A DNA stretch of 59,628 bases, counting the filler. It is 6 parts of 6 records of this genome, joined end to end, with 100 filler letters (N's around TTAATTAATTAA, not from the genome) between each part and the next. Parts side by side here need not be neighbours in the genome. Positions count along the whole stretch, not along the records: positions 19,085 to 39,492 come from SRR2962707_2730; positions 39,593 to 46,528 come from SRR2962707_2736; 4 more parts are not named here. One strand, 5' to 3'. Positions within the stretch are counted from its first letter, which is position 1. Each line of letters begins with the position of its first letter. Below the pieces are notes generated by a model. The model had not been told where the DNA came from. It ran no database searches and saw only the letters and a program-made list of their open reading frames with translations. Of this stretch, positions 30,038 through 42,075 are shown piece after piece. A program made the position numbers and the translations under genes.

Positions 30038-30877
30038 CTACTGGAGCGCTACGCCGCCAATTGTGACGCGGTGCATGAGCCGCTTTTCGCCGTGATAGTC
30101 GTTGACCGCGAAATGCCAGGTCGCGCGGTTGTCCCAGAAGGCGATCGAGCCGTCGTGCCATTCAAAACGGCAGGTGAACTGCGGCTGGGTAGCGTGGGCA
30201 TAGAGATAGTCGAGCAGCGCCTTGCTCTCGAAGGCGTTCCAGCCGACGAAATGCGTCGTGAAGCCGGGGTTCACATAAAGGGCCTTCCGGCCGCTCAGCG
30301 GATGCGTGATGACCACCGGATGCACGGCCTGGCCGACAAGGCTCTCGCCCTTGAAACCGCCGCTCTGGTCGCTCGACTTGTAGAAGCCACTCGCGCCAAA
30401 GGCCGCTTCGTTCGAATGCACGGCCTTCATCGTCGAGAGTGTCTCCTTCAGCCCGTCCGACAAGGCGTCGTAAGCCTTGTACATGTCGGCGAAGAGCGTA
30501 TCGCCGCCCGTTTCCGGCAGTTCCCGCGCAACGAGGATCGAGCCCAACGCCGGTTCGGCATCGTAAGAATGATCCGTGTGCCAGCCGCCGCCAATATTGA
30601 CCTTCTGCTCTTTCTCCTTCCGCACCTCGGCGATTTCCGGGTACTGGCCGTTTGCGGGAAAGAACTTGTTGATGTCGATCTCGCCCCAGCGCCGCGCGAA
30701 GGAGATGTGTTCTTCCGGCGTCAGTTCCTGATCGCGAAAGAAGATCACGCCGTAGTCGCTGTAAGCGGCACGGATCGTTTCCATGTCGCTGTTGCTCGGA
30801 TTTCTCAGATCGACGCCCAGCACTTCCGCGCCGCAGCCTGGCGTCAGCTTTCTGACGGTTGCCGTTCGATGCGCCAT
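30038..30877 (-). CDS. TauD/TfdA family dioxygenase
   Basis: WHTDHSY, GGDTLF, HPVVITHP, WDNRATWH. Confidence 0.93.
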   Translation of the reverse strand: MAHRTATVRKLTPGCGAEVLGVDLRNPSNSDMETIRAAYSDYGVIFFRDQELTPEEHISFARRWGEIDINKFFPANGQYPEIAEVRKEKEQKVNIGGGWHTDHSYDAEPALGSILVARELPETGGDTLFADMYKAYDALSDGLKETLSTMKAVHSNEAAFGASGFYKSSDQSGGFKGESLVGQAVHPVVITHPLSGRKALYVNPGFTTHFVGWNAFESKALLDYLYAHATQPQFTCRFEWHDGSIAFWDNRATWHFAVNDYHGEKRLMHRVTIGGVALQ

Positions 30878-30930
30878 GTTGTCCTCCCGTGACAGATTTT
30901 AGCTTGAGGATATGCACTTGCCGGGCCTAG

Positions 30931-30950
30931 ATTGTTACCAAAGTAACAAT
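30931..30950. promoter_or_regulatory. CRP/FNR-type operator
   Basis: ATTGTTAC-CAAA-GTAACAAT, i.e. TGTTA-N6-TAACA, between divergent tauD and crp-family genes. Confidence 0.75.
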
Positions 30951-30961
30951 TTGGGAAAATC

Positions 30962-31666
30962 ATGCCCGCGCCATCCGCTCAGGAGCGCATCGCCGCAGCC
31001 TTCGCCCGGAACCCATGGTTCATGCGCCGCCCCGCAGAGCTTCGGCAGGCGCTGGTCCGGCGCGCTCAGCTATCGGCGGTGGAGAGCGGGCACTGGTTCT
31101 ACGACACGGGCGACGAGGCGGTCGGCCTCTACAGCGTGTTGACGGGCTCCGTGACGACGCATGTCGTGCTCGACAACGGCGCAAGCGCGCCAATCAATAT
31201 ATCGGGGCCCGGCGCGATCTTCGGCTTTGCGGCACAGGTGCTGGGCGGGCGGCGCGTCACCACCACGGTCACGCGCGAGCCGTCCGAGATCATCTTCGTG
31301 CCGCAACATGCGCTTGCCGCCATCGCGCATGACCTGCCCTCGCTCTGGCTCCACTTTGCGGAACTCGCAACCGAACAACTTGTCTTTGCCACGCGCGTCA
31401 TTGCGGAGCGGACGCTTCTCAGCCCTCGTGCGCAGCTCGCGGCAAGGCTCCATGTCTATTCGCTCGGGTGGGGCGACGGGCGCGGGCCGGTAACCTTGCC
31501 TATCCTGCAGGAGGAACTCGCGGAACTGATGGGGCTCTCGCGCAAGACCGTGAACCGCATCCTGCGGGCTTTCGAGGCGGAGGATCTGGTGGAGACCGGC
31601 TATCGGAGCATTCTGATCCGCAATCCGCGAGAGTTGCACCGGATCGCGATGCAAATGGAAGAATAA
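30962..31666 (+). CDS. Crp/Fnr family regulator
   Basis: cNMP-binding-like N domain; HTH QEELAELMGLSRKTVNRIL. Confidence 0.9.
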   Translation: MPAPSAQERIAAAFARNPWFMRRPAELRQALVRRAQLSAVESGHWFYDTGDEAVGLYSVLTGSVTTHVVLDNGASAPINISGPGAIFGFAAQVLGGRRVTTTVTREPSEIIFVPQHALAAIAHDLPSLWLHFAELATEQLVFATRVIAERTLLSPRAQLAARLHVYSLGWGDGRGPVTLPILQEELAELMGLSRKTVNRILRAFEAEDLVETGYRSILIRNPRELHRIAMQMEE

Positions 31667-31700
31667 GAAAAGCCCGCGCCGTTTCCGGCGCGGGCTTTCC
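31667..31700. terminator. Bidirectional terminator
   Basis: AAAGCCCGCGCCG-tttc-CGGCGCGGGCTTT between convergent genes. Confidence 0.8.
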
Positions 31701-31719
31701 GAATGCTTCGTTGAAAGTC

Positions 31720-33869
<2,150 letters not shown>

Positions 33870-33961
33870 ACAGGCACGAACATTCCAATCCGCAACGCTG
33901 AACAACCACGAACAGACGATCCGGGCCATAGTGACCGGAACGAAATCCCGGAGGATACCCC

Positions 33962-34969
33962 ATGGCTCTGCCCGACCTTCTGAAAGACAAGCTGGAGATA
34001 CCCGTCATCGGTTCTCCGCTCTTCATCGTTTCCGGTCCCGAACTGGTAATCGCGCAGTGCAAGGCGGGCATCGTCGGCTCCTTCCCGGCGCTCAATGCAC
34101 GGCCCGAACATGTGCTGGAAGAATGGATCACGCGGATCAAAGGAGAGCTTGGCGAGTATCAGGCGAAGCACCCTGAGAAGAAGGTCGCGCCCTTCGCGGT
34201 AAACCAGATCTGCCATGCTTCCAACGATCGTCTGGCACATGACATCGACATCTGCACCAAGCTCGAAGTGCCGATCATCATCACCTCGCTCCGCCCGCCC
34301 GCCGAAGTGATCACCGCCGCGCATTCCTATGGCGGCAAGGTGTTCCACGACGTCATCAATGTGAAGCACGCGAAGAAGGCGGCGGAACAAGGCGTCGACG
34401 GTCTCATTCTCGTCTGCGCCGGTGCAGGCGGTCATGCGGGCACGCTCTCGCCCTTCGCGCTCGTGCGCGAGGTGAAGCAGTGGTTCAAGGGAACCGTGAT
34501 CCTGTCCGGCGCGCTGTCGGATGGCTGGGGCATCGCGGGCGCGCTCGCGATGGGCGCCGACCTCGCCTATCTCGGCACGCGTTTCGTCGCCACGGCGGAG
34601 GCGAACGCAGATCAGGCGTACAAGGATCATCTCGTCAAATATGCGGCCGATGACATTGTCTATACGAACCTCTTTACGGGCGTTCACGGCAACTACCTGG
34701 GGCCGTCGGTCGCCGCTGCCGGACTCGACCCGCACAACCTGCCGGAAGCCGACAAGTCGAAGATGAATTTCGGCTCGGGCGGCAACATGAAGCAGAAGGC
34801 GTGGAAGGATATCTGGGGCTCCGGCCAGGGCATCGGCCAGATCACGGACGCGCCGCCGGTCGCGGAACTCGTTGACCGCCTGAAGCGCGAATATGTGCAG
34901 GCCTGCCGCGAATTTGCCGAGCGTATGCCGGCTGAAGCCCTGACGGCCTCGAAGGCGGCGGCGGAATAA
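33962..34969 (+). CDS. Nitronate monooxygenase family protein
   Basis: SPLFIVS, SFPALNAR, GAGGHAG, AYLGTRF, WGSGQGIG. Confidence 0.88.
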   Translation: MALPDLLKDKLEIPVIGSPLFIVSGPELVIAQCKAGIVGSFPALNARPEHVLEEWITRIKGELGEYQAKHPEKKVAPFAVNQICHASNDRLAHDIDICTKLEVPIIITSLRPPAEVITAAHSYGGKVFHDVINVKHAKKAAEQGVDGLILVCAGAGGHAGTLSPFALVREVKQWFKGTVILSGALSDGWGIAGALAMGADLAYLGTRFVATAEANADQAYKDHLVKYAADDIVYTNLFTGVHGNYLGPSVAAAGLDPHNLPEADKSKMNFGSGGNMKQKAWKDIWGSGQGIGQITDAPPVAELVDRLKREYVQACREFAERMPAEALTASKAAAE

Positions 34970-34990
34970 TCCGCGTAGTGGAACGATCCA

Positions 34991-35020
34991 GGCGGCGGGG
35001 GAAATTCCGCCGCCCTTTTT
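34991..35020 (+). terminator. Rho-independent terminator
   Basis: GGCGGCGG-loop-CCGCCGCC followed by a T-run. Confidence 0.8.
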
Positions 35021-35061
35021 GTTGATCTTGCTTTTCCGGTCTCTATCGCGGCGAATAAGAC

Positions 35062-35835
35062 ATGGGTGAACGCCGCGCACTTTCTGGACTGCGTGTGTCC
35101 AGACAGGACATGTCTATCCTCATCAGAGGCGAGACGATCGATGTCGCGCCCCATCGTCACCACGCCCTTCAGGTTTCCTTGGGGCTCGATGGCCCGTTCG
35201 ATTTCGCATGCGGCGGGCAATCCTCTCTCATGGAGGGCGTTGTGGTGGATTCCGGCGTCCTTCACCGGCTGGACAGCAAAGGCAGCGAAATAGCCGTGCT
35301 GCTTCTCGAACCCGAGCAAGCCTGCGCAAGGCACATCAAGACGCACTGGCTTGGGGACGGCGCCTGCGCTGCCATACCCGCAGACATCGCCAACGAAATC
35401 CGTGCCCTGTTTGCCAAGCCCGGACATATGCCGCTGCCGGACGACATTGTGAGAATGCTTGCGCCAGAGACGAAGCCGTTGCCGCAACAGGACAGCCGGA
35501 TCGCAGGCCTTCTTGTCTATCTGCGTGCCCTGCCCGAAAAGCGCGTGACGCTTGCCGAGCTGGCGCAGGAAGCAGGGCTCTCGGAAGGCCGCCTCACACA
35601 TCTCTTCAAGGAGCAGACCGGTGTGCCGATCAGGCGCTATCTGCTGTGGCTGCGCCTCAACGATGCGATGAACAGAGCGATGGCCGGCGTCACGCTCACC
35701 GAAGCGGCGCATGCGGCGGGCTTTTCCGATTCCGCCCATCTCAGCCGCACCTGCGTAGAGATGTTCGGCATCAATCCTTTTGCCGTCGTACGCCATAGCC
35801 AGTTTTTTCAAGCGCAGAAAGGCAGCACTCCCTAG
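35062..35835 (+). CDS. AraC family regulator
   Basis: HRHHALQ cupin-like N-terminus; LSEGRLTHLFKEQTG; AAHAAGFSDSAHLSR. Confidence 0.88.
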   Translation: MGERRALSGLRVSRQDMSILIRGETIDVAPHRHHALQVSLGLDGPFDFACGGQSSLMEGVVVDSGVLHRLDSKGSEIAVLLLEPEQACARHIKTHWLGDGACAAIPADIANEIRALFAKPGHMPLPDDIVRMLAPETKPLPQQDSRIAGLLVYLRALPEKRVTLAELAQEAGLSEGRLTHLFKEQTGVPIRRYLLWLRLNDAMNRAMAGVTLTEAAHAAGFSDSAHLSRTCVEMFGINPFAVVRHSQFFQAQKGSTP

Positions 35836-35864
35836 GTTTCATCCGCAACCGGAAAGGACACGAG

Positions 35865-36200
35865 ATGCGGACGGAATTGCGGGTGGCATACGAGGCGGAG
35901 ATGGCCGAGGCGAAACGCCTCTACAAAAACAAGCGTTATGAGGACTGCCTGTCGCGTCTCGAACGCGCGCATATTCTCGGGCAGCGCAACTACATTCCCC
36001 ATGTCGCCAGCCACTACTGGATGCTGAAAGCAGGCTGGCGCAGCAGCGACTGGCAGGAAGTGCGGGGCCAGATCGTCAGGATCGTCGGCTCTGCGGGATC
36101 GCTGGTTGGGGCTGTGCCGCTGGGCAATACGGGCCGGGCCAATGTGAGCCCGATCAAACCCATGCCAATCCCCAACGATCTGGCGCGCTACTTCCGGTAG
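35865..36200 (+). CDS. DUF3703-like small protein
   Basis: LERAHILGQ...H..ML...E..GQ..R...P.GNTGRANVSPIKPMPIP.DL pattern. Confidence 0.8.
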   Translation: MRTELRVAYEAEMAEAKRLYKNKRYEDCLSRLERAHILGQRNYIPHVASHYWMLKAGWRSSDWQEVRGQIVRIVGSAGSLVGAVPLGNTGRANVSPIKPMPIPNDLARYFR

Positions 36201-36202
36201 TC

Positions 36203-36313
36203 TCAAACGAGGTACTGTTCGATCGTTTCGTGCAGGAAGCTCATGAGGTAGATCGTGAGCACCGCGACGGCGAACGTGTTGAACATGCTTTCGATGCGGT
36301 TCATGCGGGTCAT
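36203..36313 (-). CDS. Small 36-aa membrane peptide (MTRMNRIESMFNTFAVAVLTIYLMSFLHETIEQYLV)
   Basis: ATG overlaps the upstream stop (TGATG); AAAGGA RBS; one hydrophobic segment; fills the gap to the convergent gene. Confidence 0.55.
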   Translation of the reverse strand: MTRMNRIESMFNTFAVAVLTIYLMSFLHETIEQYLV

Positions 36314-37335
36314 CAGATCGTTCCTTTCGTGAGGTCAGCGTTTGCGGGGTTGCTCATGCGGATGTCCGCCATGTCGATGCAGCCGAGCCCGGAGAGCGTC
36401 GCGCGGACGGCGACGTCGAGGGGCGTATGGGGCTCGTGGCCGAGAAAGGCGACGAGCTTCGAATTGTCGAGCTTCACAGGTTTCTTCCAGAGGTAACGCA
36501 TCTCGCGCATTTCCCTGAAGGTCTCGACGAAGGGCGAGAGCAGCGTCAGCGCGAACCAGGGCAGGCGCTTCACCGGAACGTCCGGCTTGCGGGCGGCGTA
36601 GCGGATCGCATCCGCCATTTCGATGCCCTGTTCCAGCCAGTGCCCGCCGAAGTGAAATGTCTCGAAGGACGACAGTTCGCCGGCACGCATCAGCAGCCGT
36701 ACGACCGTCTCGGCCATGTCGGGCAGATAGGCCCAGTTGTGGCCGATGCGATGCGGACCCGGATAACTGACCGAACGGATCGCCCTGCCCTGTTTCACAA
36801 GCCCTTGTGCAAACCAGCTGCTGGCCGCACTGCGGCCGCCGAAGAAGTCGCCACCGCGCAGGATGAGAACAAGCACGCCCTCCTCCGATGCCGCGCGGAG
36901 ACGACGCTCCATCTCGACGCGCAGCTTTCCCTTTCGCGTCTTCGGATTCTGCGACGAAATCTCGGCGAGAAGCGGGAAGGCGTTGGGTCCGTAATTGTAG
37001 ACGGTGCCGGGAAAGACGACGCGGGCGCCCGCCGCCTTCGCTGCTGCAATGGTGTTGTCGAGCATCGGCACCACCGTCCCTGCCCAGTTCCGGTAGCCGG
37101 GCGGGTTCACGGCGTGAACGATGATGTCGGCGTTTATCGCGGCGGCATGGACGTCCTCCGCATTCATGGCATCACCCTTCACCCAGTCGATGAAAGGCAT
37201 ATCCGGCGACTGCTTCGCCGCCCGCTTCGGGTTCCTGTTGAGGGCGCGGATTTGCCAGCCGTGGCGGTGAAGCGCGAGCGCCGTTTCGCCGCCGAAACCG
37301 CCTGTCGCACCGAGGATGAGGGCCGTGGAAGTCAT
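36313..37335 (-). CDS. NAD-dependent epimerase/dehydratase family protein
   Basis: Rossmann ILGATGGFG; HAVNPPGY; PGTVYNYG. Confidence 0.88.
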   Translation of the reverse strand: MTSTALILGATGGFGGETALALHRHGWQIRALNRNPKRAAKQSPDMPFIDWVKGDAMNAEDVHAAAINADIIVHAVNPPGYRNWAGTVVPMLDNTIAAAKAAGARVVFPGTVYNYGPNAFPLLAEISSQNPKTRKGKLRVEMERRLRAASEEGVLVLILRGGDFFGGRSAASSWFAQGLVKQGRAIRSVSYPGPHRIGHNWAYLPDMAETVVRLLMRAGELSSFETFHFGGHWLEQGIEMADAIRYAARKPDVPVKRLPWFALTLLSPFVETFREMREMRYLWKKPVKLDNSKLVAFLGHEPHTPLDVAVRATLSGLGCIDMADIRMSNPANADLTKGTI

Positions 37336-37432
37336 CGTCTTTCTCCGGTTTGCCGTTTCGTTGACCAGAGAATGGGATATTCATTATCGAATATGAATTG
37401 GCTAAATACGTCGCCTGTGTATACGTATATGT

Positions 37433-38362
37433 ATGACTGAAGCATCACCCGGCTGGGAACTCTACCGGTCCTTTTTGGCTGTCGTTCGAGAGGGCAGCCT
37501 TTCGGGCGGTGCCCGGCTGCTTGGACTGACCCAGCCAACCGTCGGCCGGCATATCGATGCGCTGGAAGAGGCGCTGGGCGCCGGGCTTTTCACTCGTTCG
37601 CAAGGCGGTCTCGCGCCGACGGAACTCGCGCTTTCGCTGGTGCCACACGCCGAGGCCATGTCGATGGCCGCCGAGGCCTTGCAACGCGCGGCATCCGGCG
37701 AAGCGGAGGAAGACCGGGGCACCGTCCGCATCACGGCGAGCGAGATGATCGGGACGGAAGTCCTCCCGCCAATCCTTGCGCGTTTCAACGAGACGTACCC
37801 GCGCATCGCCGTCGAACTCGTGCTGTCGAACCGGAACGACGACCTTATCCGACGCGACGCCGATATTGCGATCCGCATGATCCGGCCGACGCAATCGTCC
37901 CTTGTGGCGCGGAAAGTCGGCATGATCGCCCTCGGCCTTCACGCTCACAAGAACCTGATCCAGCGTTTCGGGATGCCCCTGTCGGTCGACGATCTCATGC
38001 AATGTCCGATCATCGGCTTCGACCGTGAGTCCTCCATCCGGCGGTTGAAGGACCTCGGGGGCTTTCCGCTGTCGCGTGAGCTCTTCGCATTCCGCTGCGA
38101 CAGCGATGTCGGACAGTTCGCGGCGCTCAGGGCCGGGGTCGGTTTCGGCATGTGCCAGTATCCGCTGGCGCGGCGCTACCCCGATCTCGTCTCGGTGCTG
38201 CCAGGCACCATCGAGTTCGAACTCGACGTCTGGATCGCGATGCACGAGGACTTGAAGACGAGTCGCAGAATGCGCCTCATGTTCGACCATCTGGCCGAGG
38301 AAATGAGCGCCTACACAAAAGAGGTCCGGCCGGAACCTGCGGAAAACACGGGCCGCAAGTAA
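37433..38362 (+). CDS. LysR family regulator
   Basis: [28 protein letters not shown]; divergent from the epimerase. Confidence 0.92.
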   Translation: MTEASPGWELYRSFLAVVREGSLSGGARLLGLTQPTVGRHIDALEEALGAGLFTRSQGGLAPTELALSLVPHAEAMSMAAEALQRAASGEAEEDRGTVRITASEMIGTEVLPPILARFNETYPRIAVELVLSNRNDDLIRRDADIAIRMIRPTQSSLVARKVGMIALGLHAHKNLIQRFGMPLSVDDLMQCPIIGFDRESSIRRLKDLGGFPLSRELFAFRCDSDVGQFAALRAGVGFGMCQYPLARRYPDLVSVLPGTIEFELDVWIAMHEDLKTSRRMRLMFDHLAEEMSAYTKEVRPEPAENTGRK

Positions 38363-38435
38363 GCTATCGCCCCGTCCGGCCCCGCCTGCTATATCACTCG
38401 CAAACAAGCCTTCCGCTACGTTTCGAGGAATGTTC

Positions 38436-39492
38436 ATGTCGCAAGCAGCCGAAGCCAACGCCACGAAGTCCGGCGAAAAGCCCAATCCGCCCCTCGCCTC
38501 CTTCAACTGGCAAGACCCGCTCCTGCTCGACGGGCAGCTCAACGAGGAAGAACGCATGGTGCGCGACAGCGCGCGCGCCTATTGCGAAGAAAAATTATTC
38601 CCCCGCGTGAAGGATGCGAACCGCAACGAAATCTTCCATCGCGAAATCATGAACGAAATGGGCGCGCAGGGCATGCTCGGCCTCACGCTCCCCGAGCAAT
38701 ATGGCTGCGCCGGTCTCTCCTATGTTTGCTACGGTCTTGCCGCGCGCGAAGTGGAACGGATCGACAGCGGCTACCGCTCGGCGATGAGCGTGCAGTCCTC
38801 GCTCGTGATGCACCCGATCTACGCTTATGGCTCGGATGCACAGCGCGAGAAATATCTGCCGAAGCTTGCGACCGGCGAATGGGTCGGTTGTTTCGGCCTC
38901 ACCGAGCCGGACCACGGCTCCGACCCCGGTTCCATGAAGACGCGCGCGAAGAAAGTCGATGGCGGCTACGTCCTCAACGGCGCGAAGATGTGGATCACCA
39001 ATTCGCCGATCGCCGACCTCGCTGTCGTCTGGGCGAAGACGGACGATGACGTCATCCGCGGTTTCGTCGTGGAGCGTGCCTTCAAAGGCTTCGAGACACC
39101 GAAGATCGAAGGCAAGTTCTCGCTTCGCGCCTCCATCACCGGCGAAATTTCATTGCAGGACGTGTTCGTGCCGGAAGAAAACCTGCTGCCGAATGTGCGC
39201 GGGCTCGCCGGTCCCTTCGGCTGCCTCAACCGCGCGCGCTACGGCATTGCCTGGGGCGCGATGGGCGCCGCCGAGTTCTGCTGGCATGCCGCACGACAGT
39301 ACACACTCGACCGCACACAGTTCGGCCGCCCGCTTGCCGCGAACCAGCTTGTCCAGAAGAAGCTCGCCGACATGCAGACCGAAATCACGCTCGGCCTGCA
39401 AGGCTGCCTGCAACTTGGCCGCATGTTCGACGAGAACAAGGCCGCGCCTGCTTCCATCTCTCTCATGAAGCGCAACAATTGCGGCAAGGCGC
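38436..39492 (+). CDS. gcdH: Glutaryl-CoA dehydrogenase-like acyl-CoA dehydrogenase, 3'-truncated
   Basis: [54 protein letters not shown]. Confidence 0.88.
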
Positions 39493-39592
39493 NNNNNNNN
39501 NNNNNNNNNNNNNNNNNNNNNNNNNNNNNNNNNNNNTTAATTAATTAANNNNNNNNNNNNNNNNNNNNNNNNNNNNNNNNNNNNNNNNNNNN
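39493..39592. other. Artificial contig linker
   Basis: 100-nt N/TTAATTAATTAA spacer. Confidence 0.98.
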
Positions 39593-39692
39593 CTATCACC
39601 AGCAATATCTGGCCAAGAACCCGGCTGGTTATTGCGGGTTGCAGGGGACCGGGGTGAGTTGCCCGATCGGACTGGGCGTTTCTGCTGCCTAG
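39593..39692 (+). CDS. msrA: Methionine sulfoxide reductase A, C-terminal fragment
   Basis: [26 protein letters not shown] (absent from the ORF track). Confidence 0.85.
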
Positions 39693-39785
39693 GCAAGCGG
39701 GAACAAATCTGGCTGACCAAGCGCTTGCCAGAGGGCCCTATTGGCTAACAGACTGTGCACCATGACTGTCACCGATAGCGCATTG

Positions 39786-40172
39786 ATGGACCGGACGGGC
39801 TTTGAAGCATTTGTGCTGAGCCTGCCCGGCGTGACGCTGGTGCATCAATGGGGCAATGCCAGCGTCGCCAAGGTCGGGGACAAGATATTTGCGCTGCTAT
39901 CGGGCTGGGCCACCGATGGCGATCTGGGGTTGAGCTTCAAGTGCTCCCCGATGAGCTATGACCTGCTGCCCGAACTCGAACAGGTTCGCCCTGCCCCTTA
40001 TCTGGCGCGTGCCAAATGGGTGCAGGTTTTGCCGGGGGCGCCACTGAGCAGCGATGAACTGCAAGCCTATGTGCGCGAGGCGCATCGGCTGGTCGCCGCG
40101 AAGCTGACGCGCAAGCGTCAGGCCGAACTGGGTCTGGAAGCGCTTATTGCGGCAGGACCGCAAAAGTCCTGA
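39786..40172 (+). CDS. MmcQ/YjbR family protein
   Basis: QWG..SVAKVGDKIFA, SFKC, PAPYLARAKWV. Confidence 0.85.
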   Translation: MDRTGFEAFVLSLPGVTLVHQWGNASVAKVGDKIFALLSGWATDGDLGLSFKCSPMSYDLLPELEQVRPAPYLARAKWVQVLPGAPLSSDELQAYVREAHRLVAAKLTRKRQAELGLEALIAAGPQKS

Positions 40173-41931
40173 GCACAGCATCGGTCGGGCTGACATCGAC
40201 CAGCCATGTCGGCAGGTTGCCGGCAGCGTAGAGCGCGGCGAAGCTGTCATCGGCGCGGTCGGCCAGACCGCGGACCTCGGACATGGCCGGACAGATCACG
40301 ACCAGACCAATGCCGCGCTGCTCAATGATGGCGCGCGCGTCGTCAATGGGATCGTTGAAAAAGCGGAAGGCATCGCGCACGCCCAGCTGGTTGCGATGGT
40401 AGGGGGCGGCGACGACCTCGTGCGGGGTGTAGAGCATGATGTGGGCGCCCAGATCGATGGGCGACATGATGCGCTCGGGCGGCAAGGCGGCGAGATCGGC
40501 AAAGGCCGCGGGCACCAGACAGGGCTCCTTGCTGGCGCGGGCCTGCGCCACGTCCTGCGCGCGACCGGGCGCCAGATTGACCATCAGCGTGACGACCAGC
40601 GCCAGCACCACGCCGGAAAAGGCGAGCCAACTGCCGGCCAACCCCAGAATTGTGCCCAGCCGGGGCTGGGCGAGATAGCGCTGGCGCGCCGCCACGATGA
40701 GCCAGGCCGCGGCCGGCATGGCCGGCATGACAGTCAGTCGGGCACCGCGTATCTGGGCCAGCATGATCAGCGCGGTGCACAGCACAAAGGCCAGCAAGAC
40801 GGCCCATTCGGCGCGCCCCTGCTGCACCCGCCAGAGGCGATAGAGCACGACCAGGGTACCGAGCAGCGCGGGAATGCCCACGGCAATGGCATAGGCGGGC
40901 AATTCAAAGACGCTGGCGGCCCATGGCTTGGCCTCGACGATGCCGGCGATCCAGTTGGCCTGTAGCCACGGGTCAAGCTCGCCATAGGGCCCATGCAGGC
41001 ATTGGGGGAAGGCCAGAGCGACCAGCCCCATACCCAGACCACCCAGCACCGCCAGTACGCCGAAACGCTGCCAGCGCCCCTGTACGGGCATCAGGCTTGC
41101 CAGCGTGAAGGTGGCCGCTACCGCCAGCGCTACGCTGAGGTAGACCGGCGAAAGCACATCGCAGGCCGCCTCAAACCACCGATTGGGCAGGCGGAAGATT
41201 GCCAGGTGAACGGCGCAACCTGCCGCAAAGGCCAGACCGAAATTGCGCATGGTGGCGGCTTTGGTGACAGCAAAGACCCATAGCAGGCCTGCGGCCAGAA
41301 TGGCGGCGGCGATGACCGGCAGGGATTCGGTGGCAATGGCCAGCGCCGTGGCGGCAAGCAGGCCACAGACAATGGCAAAGCGGGGCCGCCGCACAGATTC
41401 GACCGCAGCCCAGGCGGTGGCCAGAGTCAGAATGATGACGACGTTGTGGTGATCAACCCGCCCCGGCGTGAACTCGGCGGTGATGGCCGGATTGAGCACG
41501 GGCAGGACCAGGGCGGGCAGCACGCCTTCTGGCCCCACCAGGCGATTGGCCAGCAGCGCACTGAACCAGAGCAGCACGCCCAGCAAAGCCATGGGCCAGA
41601 CATAACCGGCGGCGATCATGGCCGTATCAGGCCCCAGAAGCGGGGTGAAGATCATGACCAGAATGGCAATGGGCATATCGACCAGGCGCGACCAGTGCAG
41701 TTCGGCGCCGAAGGGGGTATTGAGACGATGTGCCGTCAGATCATACCAAGGCTGGCCGTGCAGAAAGTCGCGGACCATGACCATGCGCATGGCATCATCG
41801 GTATCGGCGAAAAACGGCATGCCAGCGCGGCCAATCACGGCGCGAATGACCAGAATGGCGATGGCAGCCGCCAGCACCAGCAGAACCAGGCGCCAGTCGG
41901 GTGTGGCACGATGAGGGGCAGAATTGGTCAC
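40144..41931 (-). CDS. Polytopic membrane protein, GT-C glycosyltransferase-like
   Basis: Many TM segments; DTDDAMR, HWSRLVD, PGRVDHH, APYHRN motifs; function inferred. Confidence 0.6.
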   Translation of the reverse strand: MTNSAPHRATPDWRLVLLVLAAAIAILVIRAVIGRAGMPFFADTDDAMRMVMVRDFLHGQPWYDLTAHRLNTPFGAELHWSRLVDMPIAILVMIFTPLLGPDTAMIAAGYVWPMALLGVLLWFSALLANRLVGPEGVLPALVLPVLNPAITAEFTPGRVDHHNVVIILTLATAWAAVESVRRPRFAIVCGLLAATALAIATESLPVIAAAILAAGLLWVFAVTKAATMRNFGLAFAAGCAVHLAIFRLPNRWFEAACDVLSPVYLSVALAVAATFTLASLMPVQGRWQRFGVLAVLGGLGMGLVALAFPQCLHGPYGELDPWLQANWIAGIVEAKPWAASVFELPAYAIAVGIPALLGTLVVLYRLWRVQQGRAEWAVLLAFVLCTALIMLAQIRGARLTVMPAMPAAAWLIVAARQRYLAQPRLGTILGLAGSWLAFSGVVLALVVTLMVNLAPGRAQDVAQARASKEPCLVPAAFADLAALPPERIMSPIDLGAHIMLYTPHEVVAAPYHRNQLGVRDAFRFFNDPIDDARAIIEQRGIGLVVICPAMSEVRGLADRADDSFAALYAAGNLPTWLVDVSPTDAVLRTFAVLPQ

Positions 41932-42075
41932 GGCAGGGTCCTGGATCGGGGTGAGGCCAATGTGGACCGAGACGCGTTAAGATGACGTTTGACGACCCCA
42001 GCAATTAAACAAGCTATTGCTTTTTTAATTAAGCGGTATATCAAGGCATGGCTTGGAAAATGATGAGGGTACGCC

